DNA of 64,000 nucleotides, from the NCBI RefSeq assembly GCF_009914755.1, contig NC_060939.1; one strand, given 5' to 3'. Source of the stretch: the human T2T-CHM13v2.0 reference genome, Homo sapiens. A program made the translations under genes and the position numbers. The notes beneath the pieces are model-generated. The model did not search any database and was not told the origin of the DNA. It saw only the letters and a list, made by a program, of their open reading frames with translations. This document shows positions 1-32,988 of the stretch, in pieces (position 1 is the first letter of the stretch; each line of letters opens with the position of its first letter).

Positions 1-1440
1 CAGATGAGCTTTCAGCTGAGGCCTGATGGAAATTGAGATAACCTGCAAAGACATAACAGTATTTATGAGTTATATCTTAGTTCTTGAAATTGTGGAATGC
101 ATGATTGACAATATATTTTTAATTTTTATTTTTTCAAGTAATACCAGTACTGTTTAACTATAGCCAGAACTGGCTAAAATTTTTATATTTTCAGAGTTGA
201 AGTTGGTGAAGACATTCATGATTTAAACACCAGATCCTGAAAGGGGTTAAATCTACTTTGAAATGAATCTGCAATCAGTATTTCAAAGCTTTTCTGGTAA
301 TTTTAGTGATCTTATTTGATTAGACTTTTTCAGAAGTACTAAATAAGGAATTTTAACAGGTTTTTATTAATGCACAGATAAATAGAAGTACAGTGAGGTC
401 TATAGCCATTTTATTAAAATAGCTTAAAAGTTTGTAAAAAAATGAATCTTTGTAATTACTTAATATGTTAGTTAAGAACCCGTCAAGCTTATATTTGCTA
501 GACTTACAAATTATTTTAAATGCATTTATCTTTTTTGACACTATTCAGTGGAATGTGTAAGCTAGCTAATTCTTGTTTTCTGATTTAAAGCACTTTTAAA
601 TCTTATCCTGCCCCCTAAAAACAAAAGGTTTTGATCACAAGGGGAAATTTAAGATTGTTAACCCTGTTTTTCAGAAGGGCTACTGTTAATTGCACATAAA
701 CATGAAATGTGTTTTCCCCTGTGTACTAACACATTCTAGGCAAAATTCAAACTTATAGTGGTAAAGAAACAGGTTGTTCACTTGCTGAGGTGCAAAAATT
801 CTTAAGACTTCTGTTTGAAATTGCTCAATGACTAGGAAAAGATGTAGTAGTTTACTAAAATTGTTTTTCTACCATATCAAATTAAACAATTCATGCCTTT
901 ATAGGGTCAGGCCTACAATGAATAGGTATGGTGGTTTCACAGAATTTTAAAATAGAGTTAAAGGGAAGTGATGTACATTTCGGGGGCATTAGGGTAGGGA
1001 GATGAATCAAAAAATACCCCTAGTAATGCTTTATATTTTAATACTGCAAAAGCTTTACAAATGGAAACCATGCAATTACCTGCCTTAGTTCTTTTGTCAT
1101 AAAAACAATCACTTGGTTGGTTGTATTGTAGCTATTACTTATACAGCAACATTTCTTCAATTAGCAGTCTAGACATTTTATAAACAGAAATCTTGGACCA
1201 ATTGATAATATTTCTGACTGTATTAATATTTTAGTGCTATAAAATACTATGTGAATCTCTTAAAAATCTGACATTTTACAGTCTGTATTAGACATACTGT
1301 TTTTATAATGTTTTACTTCTGCCTTAAGATTTAGGTTTTTTAAATGTATTTTTGCCCTGAATTAAGTGTTAATTTGATGGAAACTCTGCTTTTAAAATCA
1401 TCATTTACTGGGTTCTAATAAATTAAAAATTAAACTTGTT
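1..1440 (+). other. GOLM2: Distal 3' UTR of the upstream gene, probably GOLM2 (CASC4)
   Basis: 1.4 kb of AT-rich, repeat-free sequence ending in AATAAA (1417-1422) plus two ATTAAA, followed by a T/GT-rich element; Alus begin right after. The name rests on recalled synteny (GOLM2 lies just upstream of CTDSPL2, same strand); no coding sequence is visible. Confidence 0.7.
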
Positions 1441-1450
1441 TCACTGTTTT
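1417..1450 (+). terminator. Polyadenylation signal cluster (AATAAA, ATTAAA, ATTAAA) with downstream TGTTT elements
   Basis: ttctAATAAATTAAAaATTAAActtgtttcactgttttg, at the boundary between unique and repeat-rich DNA. Confidence 0.7.
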
Positions 1451-1562
1451 GCTGATTCTAATACATACACAAACATCACACCCATGATGTAAATACATTT
1501 TAACACTAAAATCTGAGTAAGTTTAGCACTCATTTTAAGTTAAGCTAAACTAAAAAACCAAA

Positions 1563-3433
<1,871 letters not shown>

Positions 3434-3526
3434 GGAAGGTAGTCACTTTCCATAATGGGGCTGACCTTAGAAACACCTATTCTCTCATGTGCGGCATATG
3501 GTTTCAATGGGACAGTGTGTCATTAA

Positions 3527-4531
<1,005 letters not shown>

Positions 4532-4539
4532 GTCTGAGG

Positions 4540-6660
<2,121 letters not shown>

Positions 6661-6999
6661 TTTGGAAACACAGGGTTGACATGTTGAGAGACTCAGAAAT
6701 TTGAATTTTTGATTTATTCGTCAAAATTAACGTACAGCCCTTAAGACACTATCCATCCAACTCTCTAACACGGGATTTTATCATGGCAGAACAATGACCA
6801 TTCTGCAACTATGTATTGAATACCTAATACGTGTACAGAACTGTTCAGAGTACTGGGGATACAGCCGTGACAAAATCCCCGCTTTCATGGAACTACATAT
6901 TAGAGGGAGAGACAAAATTATTTTATATGCTTATTATATGACCAGTAGTGATAAATGCTGAGAAAAAGAAGCCAGAATAAAGTGAGTAATAGGCCGGTA

Positions 7000-9848
<2,849 letters not shown>

Positions 9849-9927
9849 TATTACATTACTTAATGAACACTCTACTTCATTAGTGTCTTCATATAGCAGT
9901 AGTTTTGAATAGTTTAAAAAGCATTCA

Positions 9928-12278
9928 AGCTGGGTATGGTGGCATGTGCCTGTAGTTCCAGCTACTCAGGAGGCTGAGGTGAGAGGATCACTTGAGCCCA
10001 AGAGTTTGAGTCCAGCCTGGGCCGCCTGGGCAATATAGCAAGACTCCACCTCTTAAAAAAAAAAAAAAAAAAAAAACCAGAAAGCAAAAATACCTGCTAC
10101 TAGCTTTTTGCATTAATTACACTTTTTTCCTGTGGCCACTGCTTTACATTTAAAAATACTTCATACTTTTTTAAGTTCATATTTTTAGACCATTATTTTA
10201 TTCTAAAATTTTGGACTAGATTGTTACGGAAGCTTCAAGACATTAACTACTACCATTTAAGGTAGTAGTTAACTACTACCTACTAAGTAGTTAATTACTA
10301 CTTTAAGTAGTAATTAACTACTACCATTTAAGGAGCAAGGAAAGCATCTTGCTAAGTGCTTTCGTAAATAATCTAATTTGATCTTCACAACAATTCACTT
10401 AGATATTGCAGAAAAGGAGGCTAGGAGAGAGACCATGGGATATAAATTAAGGTAAAAAGCAGAACATAACAATTATCCCTTGTGAAAAAATGGTGTTAAA
10501 ATGTTAAAAATTGCAAATGGACTTAGGCTTACTATCAGCAACCTTTCTAAACTTATTTTTTTTTTAATAGAGATAAGGTCTCACTATGTTGCCAAGGCTG
10601 GTCTTGAACCTGAGATACAATGATCCTCCCACCTCACCCTACCAAAGTGCTGTGATTATGGCCTGGCCCTAAACTTACCAAATGTAACAATGGTAATAAT
10701 ATTGCCATAAGAGGTGGTATAATGAGCAGAATAGGGGCTTGAGTCTCTATTATATTTCTTACTAGATGATTGTGACTGTCTTTGGATATGGCATGTTTTT
10801 CTTCTTTTTTCAAATTTCAGTGTCTTCAACTGAAAGGCAGGGAACAAATACCACCTATTTTACCTACCTCATAGGGTTGTTAGAGAATCAAAATGCATAT
10901 AAAAGTGCTCTTTGGAAATAGCGTATTTTACTTAAGTTTTAGGAACGTGAAGGTTTGAAATAACGATTTCTTGGAAATTTTTTCCCCCAGAAATATTTCT
11001 AATTTTTACCTGATTTAAAAATAACTTTATTAGCCAGTCCTCGGTACTGGGAGGCTGAGGTGGGAGGATCACTTGAGCCCAGGTGTTTAAGGATGCAGTG
11101 AGTTATGATCATGCCACTGCACTCAAGCCAGGGGTACAGAGGAAGTCCTTGTCTCTAAACAAAAAGCAAAACAAAACTTTAGGGGCTGTGTGCAGTAGCT
11201 CAGGCCCGTAATCCCAGCACTTTGGGAGGCCAAGGCAGGAAGATGGCTTGAACCATGGATTTTGAGGTTGCAATGAGCTTTAATTACTTCAGCCTGGGGA
11301 ATGGAGTGAGACCCTGTCTCTAAAAATAAATAAATAAATAAAATAAACTTTAGTAATAATGGGGTAACTGTTTAGTTGGTATTTTACTGCTTTCCATGAT
11401 ACACTCTGGATAAACTAATTATTTGTTGGATTCCATTGAACTTTTCAGGAATCTATTTTTGTGTGTGTGGACTGTTACTATTAATAGTTCTGTGCTGTGT
11501 ATACCACCAGCTCCCAATAAATGTCGCATTCAGAGCATTTTTGCACTAGGAAGATTTAGGGTGCAAATGAACTCTGACAGAAGAATCTGTAGTATACAAG
11601 GTTTTCAGAAGACAACCCACCTGCTCCATACTTCGAAATAATGAGATTCACAACGGTATGTTATTTCTGCTTACTTCTCAGCCTCTCTTGCCATCTTCCC
11701 CCTGCCCTCCCATCCTCTTTTCTTAGCGCACAGAACTACTTCTCCAATGGCTCAACACAGTCTCATCTTTGGACTTTTCCGTCTGTTGTTTCCTTTACCC
11801 AGACACTCTTCCCCTGCAACACACACTCCTCCTTTTTGTCTCAGATGTTATCTTACGAAACCTTCCCAGACCCCCTCGCCGGCACTCTCATGTGTTTTAC
11901 AACGCCTATCATGCCATCCTTGTATTCGCTTTATCAGTTTTTAAATTCTGTTTACTTGGGTGTCTTCTTCAATAGATTATGATCTTTGGCCGGGCGCGGT
12001 GGCTCACGCCTGTAATACCAGCACTTTGGGAGGCCGAAGCGGGCGGATCACGAGGTCAGGAGTACGAGACCAGCCTGACCAACGTGGTGAAACCCCGTCT
12101 CTACTAAAAATACAAAAATTAGCCGGTCGTGGTGGCGCGCGCCTGTAATCCCAGCTACTCGGGGGGCTGAGGCAGAAGAATCGCTTGAACCCGGGAGGTG
12201 GAGGTTTGAGCCGAGATCGCGCCACTGCACTCCATCCTGGGCGACAGAGTGAAGACTCCGTCTCGAAAAAAAAAAAAA
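9928..12278. mobile_element. FLAM/AluJ monomers (9928-10076, 10554-10668, 11030-11345), MIR fragments, and a CpG-rich AluS (11988-12278 +)
   Basis: Alu monomer/dimer consensus; MIR-like cttcaactgaaaggcagggaacaaataccacc...atagggttgtt at ~10825-10880. Confidence 0.8.
10242..10333. repeat. 21-bp direct repeat enclosing overlapping palindromes
   Basis: attaactactaccatttaagg at 10242-10262 and 10313-10333; perfect 20-bp palindrome 10261-10280; 17-bp-arm inverted repeat 10286-10322. Confidence 0.95.
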
Positions 12279-12679
12279 ATCATTACCTTTGGGGAAGGCA
12301 GTATCCGTGTCTGCCTGGCTCACTGTTTTACCCGTCGCACCTAGTTATTTTTTCAATAAATATTTCTTGATTGAATAAGGAGAGTGGCTTGGAGTTTCAG
12401 TGAAAAATGTTCTTCCAAACACTAGGCTTGGTTTTCCGATACCCCACTAGAACTGGATTCTCTGGACTGATACATTTTCACTCTGTGGAGCTGACCGTCC
12501 TTTGACCTAGGGTCGCAGGTGGGAGCCCACTGGCCTGAAAGATCCGAGTTTTCAACCTGCAGAATCACCGCCAACATAGGGTTGAGTCGAAGGGCATGAA
12601 TATTTATGATCCAAAAGCGACTGCTACGCCCTCTAGGCAATGAGCTGGAAAGGGAACCTTCAAGGGCCACCGAAATCCC

Positions 12680-13700
12680 AGGAAAGGCGCCAGATTCGCT
12701 TTCTCCCGGCCTCAGGCAGCTCTCCCTACGAACTACCTCCTCCAGCGCGCCAAGCCGTTAGTCCCGCCTTATCCCCTCAGCTCCACCTACCCAGCGCGCC
12801 CACAGTTACTAAACCCTAGCCGCCAGGGTGCACTACGCGTTCCTAAGCCCCGCCTCCGGGGCAAGGGCGCGCTCCCCCTCCCAGCTCTGCCCAAGCAGTT
12901 CCGTTAGGAGCGGGAGGAAAAACCGTCCTTCGGGTCCCCGCCTCTCCACTCCTAACGCTTTACTCCCTACTCCCCCTGCGACCACTACACAGCCGGCTAC
13001 GGAGGCCCCTAATGTACAAATATCCCCCAGGCCCTTGCTCATCCTGATAGGTTTTGTCCTTTCTTAATCGACCCAGTACTAAGGCCTTGTGTTCAGTTTT
13101 TCTCCAGGATTCAGACTAGAGAGTTTCTTCCGGCGTAAGGAACTTCAACGCTCTTCACGGAAGTAAAAGTGTTTTTTTGGTTGTTGTTGCCGTTGTGGCT
13201 GCCCGCATTCCTTCCCTCCCACCTCGCGGAATTGTGGCGGGAGGGGGAGGAGGAAGTCAGGGCGCCTGCGCGGAGAGGCCGCTTTCCATCCGGGTCCCTG
13301 TCCGTGCGGTGCAGCAGGTCGGTAGGCGGGAAATGGCGACTGGCTGAAGGAGCTGGTTCTGTTGCTGCTGCGGGGTAAGCGGGAAAGACACCACACATTG
13401 CGCAGTCGGGACCATCGCCGGAGCCTGAGGACACTTCTCTGTCGTCACAGTTAGGTAATCCCCTTCGTCCAGACGCCGCCGCTGCTTCCAATCTTAGTCC
13501 TCCTCCTCTTCCAGGGCCGTCTGCCGGGATCTCCTCCCCTTCTAAACCTGGTCCTCCAGCGGCTCTGGCGCCTTGGTAGGCATGCACTCTTTGGCGCCTC
13601 GTACGTCCACTGTGCGGAGCCGCTCCTGTCTGGACTTTCCCCTGGGAACAGAAAGGGAGCTCACTTCCCGCCAGCTTCACCTCTTAGGTTGCGGCCTGCG
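12680..13700 (+). promoter_or_regulatory. CTDSPL2: CpG island / TATA-less promoter of CTDSPL2
   Basis: Dense CpG; GC boxes CCCCGCC at 12848-12854 and 12936-12942; ETS/GABP cores TCTTCCGG 13126-13133, CGGAAGT 13158-13164, AGGAAGT 13251-13257; NRF1-type GCGCCTGCGC 13262-13271; YY1-like AAATGGCG 13331-13338. Confidence 0.88.
13300..13454 (+). other. CTDSPL2: CTDSPL2 non-coding exon 1 (start approximate), donor TTAG|GTAATC
   Basis: Lies in the CpG island and ends at a consensus donor (13454/13455). A second candidate donor GGG|GTAAGC is at 13374/13375. The TSS cannot be fixed from sequence alone. Confidence 0.7.
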
Positions 13701-15266
13701 TTGTGATTTCTGGGGTTAGATTTCACTTTGCTACCCACCCCCACTCCGATCTCAAGTTCCTAGTCCCCAACCTCTGGGTAATTAAGTTAGAAGTTTAGCT
13801 TTTTTTAACCTTTTTGGCCCACCTCATGTTTTCAGCATTTCATTCTTTGGAGTAGGGTGCTTTTAGGGGGGCGTTGCTCTTATCTCAGTTCTTATAAACA
13901 CCTTTTCAGAATCTGGAAGAAGGGATTTGACTAAGTTCTGTTTATCTTTTGTACTGTTAAAATCTCGAGTTGACATTGTTACTTTTTCAAATCGGGAGTG
14001 GTAGTAAAGAACAGTCCATGTGGAAGGCGTCTGGTTTCCACAGTGGTCAGTTAAAGAGTGAACCTTATTATCCTTAATATTCTCTGCTTTCTTTGGATTT
14101 TAAATGTCTGTATGGGTGTTTACTTTTGCATTCTTGACCAGAGTTCTGTGGTAAATAATTGCATAAGTAAATCTTGTTTATTTACTTCTCACCCTAGTGG
14201 TGGCTGGATGTGTGAATGATGTTAAACACTTCAGCGTACCTTAGGGAAACCTAAAGAGATCTAAGAGCTCGTAAACTTACCTGAGATCCTGAAATGAAAC
14301 GTACTCAGTAGATGTTCCTCCGAGGCAGGGATTTATCTTCCTAATGCTGGTAACGCAGTACCAAGATGAATTTCTTCAGTGGGTATACAAATTAGTGACT
14401 TGAAATGATGGATTTATCTGTGTAATTTTCAAATTGTAGATTGCTTTGTCTCCCCATTCTTCGCCCAGTTTTAAATTTTCGTTCCTGGTCCATTTTTTAT
14501 TCTTAGAAAAGGGAAATGGCGTGTTAAAGCTAGTTTTACTATATTTCTTTACTTTTTCTTTCCTTTTTTTAAAATTACATTGCAGACCAATTGTTCATAA
14601 AGAGAAGTAATAAGGAGGCTGTTGGTGTTTTCGGAATTTATTAATCATGTTGAATTTGGGATCTTTGTAGGTTTTTTTGTTTTCACTAATCAAATTAAAA
14701 TTTTAAAAACTGTTCACATTGAATATCAGTTGATATTTATAACTCAGGTTTTCAGTTCTGGATAGGTCCAGTTTAGAGAATTTCACTATTGTTTGCACGA
14801 TGTTATGGTTAATTTTCAATAATAAACAGGAACACACAAACATTATTATAATCCTCATTTGGTAGACTTTGCCCAAGGTCATAAAGAAAGTCAAGGCAAA
14901 AGGTAGCTCTTATGTGAAGGAGTTTTTTAGGATTAAGTTGAGCTTCATACTTTCCTAAGGCGAATAGAATAGTGGAGGTACAGGCACGTTAACTACTTGC
15001 CGAGTCAGTTTATTTAAAAAATGGAGCCAAATATGCAACTTAAAGGGATCTTAAATCATTGGTCTAGTGTGTAGGTTTTGTCTGTATTTTAATGACCTTT
15101 TTGGGTAGTTAATAGCGTTAATGTTTTTAATAAAAATTAGTTTGCAGCTAGCTGAGTGAGCATTGTAGACCTTGTTTTCAAGAGTTCTCCTAAATTGTTT
15201 AGTACTACGTGCATTCAGTACTTGCACTCTTTTAATGCTTTCTCAGAGTTGAAAGAACGTATAAGC

Positions 15267-21630
<6,364 letters not shown>

Positions 21631-22534
21631 TAGTTGTCTTGATTTTTTTTCTTAGGTGACGGAGAAATCTGTTTTTTCCCCAAGTCCTCCTCCTCCTTTT
21701 ATAATGAAGGCTTATGGAAGTAGTGGAGAGTAAAGGTGGACAGTTGTAATACCTGAAACTTGATTTCAGATTAGTCAGGCTAGAAATGTAGACTAAGTGG
21801 AAACATGCTGCTACTTTTGAAAATGTCATTTGGTGTCAAAGAGGGCAATGACTTTAGCTTTTTCTTTCATGAATATAGTAAGTTAATGTAAATTTAGTAA
21901 TCATACCATTTGTAAGGTAGAGTATAAATTAACAGACCCAGAGAATTTTAGAGCTGGAGGAGACCAAAGAGGTCATCTAGTCCAATAACATTTGTGTTTT
22001 ATTGTGATGAATCATTCTGAAGACTCCTTAACATGTAGTGAATGTTTGTCTTAATGAGGTTGCTGCAGGATGAGTTGTATATGATGGAAGGATGAAGACA
22101 GCTCTGATTAATTAATGACTCATCTCCCATTTTGACAGCTCTTTGTTTGTTTATTTTTTAGGTAAAATTTACATGTGAAATGCCAGATCTGATGTCCAAT
22201 AATTTCTTTTGCTGTTGAGGAAACAAAGTGCTAGAATGATTGCATGACTTAAGCAGTGTCTCACAGCTAACTAATGATAGATTAAGGACTGGAAACTGAG
22301 TGTGTCCACCTCTTAGTCTGGAGGTCATTCCTTTAGTAACTCCTTCAGGAGTCTACTCTAGAACCTTGCATGCATGTATTATTTTTTATATAGCCAACTG
22401 TAAATATACATAAAGTTTTACAGCAAATCTTGACTTTGTTGCCTTTAATGTTTGATTTGTGATCTTTTTGTAATTTTCTTTATTTATATGTGTTATCTAC
22501 TCTTGTTTCTCTCTTAATGCATGACACATCAGAA

Positions 22535-22906
22535 CAGGTTGAGTATCCCTCATCCAAAATGCTTGGTATCAGAAGTGTTTTGGATTTCAGATTTTTTTGG
22601 ATTTTGGAATATTTGCATATACATAATGAGGTATCTTGGAAAGGACCCAAGTTTAAACATGAAATTCATTTATGTTTCATAAGTACCTTACACACATAGT
22701 CTGAAGGTAATTTTAAACAATATTTTTAATAGTTTTGTGCATGAAACAGTTTTGACTGCATTTTGACTGACTCGTCACATTAAGTCGGGGTGGAATTTTC
22801 CACTTGTGACATTATGTATGTTGGTGCTCAAAAACTTGGATTTTGGGGCATTTCGGATTTTCAGATTTTTGTATTTCAGATTTTCCTAGTAGGGATGCTC
22901 AAGCTG
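22535..22906. mobile_element. Tigger4b (MER46B)-like non-autonomous DNA transposon
   Basis: TIRs caggttgagtatccct ... agggatgctcaagctg followed by TA; ~370 bp. Confidence 0.85.
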
Positions 22907-23339
22907 TATACCACTTCTCATTCAATTAGCAAATACATTTGTAAAGAGGGCACATAAGTAAGTTCTAATTTGTTGAGAATTCTTCATATACAATGTGCTA
23001 TTTTCTCTTAATGTTGTTTAGGTAGAAATGTGTGCATTCAAGACCTTGGGAGCAGATTATCAACTGAATTTATGCTTTTATCATTATTGTAATCATATTG
23101 TTAATACAAGGCAATTTGAAACCATAATTGTCTGCCTCAAAAATTGCTTGGTATCATGGATTTTGTGAAGGGGAAGGAAATCTTATGAGGAAGAAACTTT
23201 TAGTTTTATTTATAAGCCCATTTTTGTAGGCAAGAATTAAGTATTGATGTGAAGATTGTTTATGTTTCAGTGATACGGTCTCCTTCACCCCAATTATATG
23301 GCCTTTTTGAGAGAGATTAGAAAAATTGTGGCTTAGTTC

Positions 23340-25134
<1,795 letters not shown>

Positions 25135-25158
25135 TATTTGTTCCATTTTTTACTGATA

Positions 25159-25348
25159 CAGGTTGAGTATCCCTTATCTGAAATACCTGAGACCGAAAGT
25201 CTCTGTATTTTTATGTTTTTTTTGGGGGGGGGGGAATATTTGCATTATACTGGTTGAGCATTTTCTTTGAGTGTCATGTCAGCACTCAGGTTTCTGGATT
25301 ATGGAGCATTTCAGGTTTTGTATTTTCAAATTAGGGATACTCAACCTG
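25159..25348. mobile_element. Tigger4a (MER46A)-like MITE
   Basis: Perfect 16-bp TIRs caggttgagtatccct / agggatactcaacctg with TA on both sides. Confidence 0.9.
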
Positions 25349-25539
25349 TAATTTATCTAGTAATGGAACGCTAAAGAACTGAAAGGGTATGGTAAATCCT
25401 GACATAAGTAGTAGCATTACCAACGTGAGGCTGTATATGTCTGTTTAAAACTGTTTCCTTTATATTTTAAATTTAATAAAATCAGGTTGTTGCTGATGTT
25501 ATATAAGCAATTCCTAACCTGTACTGGGCCAAATTAATA

Positions 25540-32687
<7,148 letters not shown>

Positions 32688-32988
32688 TGGTAACTTTTTA
32701 ATCAGTTAAAATGTTTTGTTGGTTATAAATATATTATTTTCACATTGCAAGTTATTTATATTGAAATTATGTGGAAATTTTTACTTAAAACACTTCTGCT
32801 GTCTTCTCCCCTTATACTTTTTCTTTCATAAAATGGAAATAACAGACACTACTTTATGTGGTTGAGAAGGTTAAGTGAAATAACATGAGAAAGCATTTAT
32901 CACAGTGCCTTGCACATAGGAACCTTTTCATGTTCAGGTAAATATAGTATTTTAGAACTTTTTTGGAAAAGAATAGATTGAGAATTGG

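Noticed and set aside
10242-10333. CRISPR-like or pre-miRNA interpretation of the repeat/palindrome
   Set aside because: Only two repeats, the spacer is self-derived, the context is eukaryotic, and the AT-rich perfect arms fit a repair scar better.
12809-12819. Telo-box-like AAACCCTA in the promoter
   Set aside because: A single short match to a plant motif; chance occurrence.
13111-13680. 189-aa minus-strand ORF and other ORFs across the CpG island
   Set aside because: Non-ATG start, Gly/Arg/Ala/Pro-rich with no recognisable domain; expected from stop-codon scarcity in GC-rich DNA.
25224-25234. G11 homopolymer inside the Tigger4a element
   Set aside because: Simple slippage expansion next to a T-run; no support for function.
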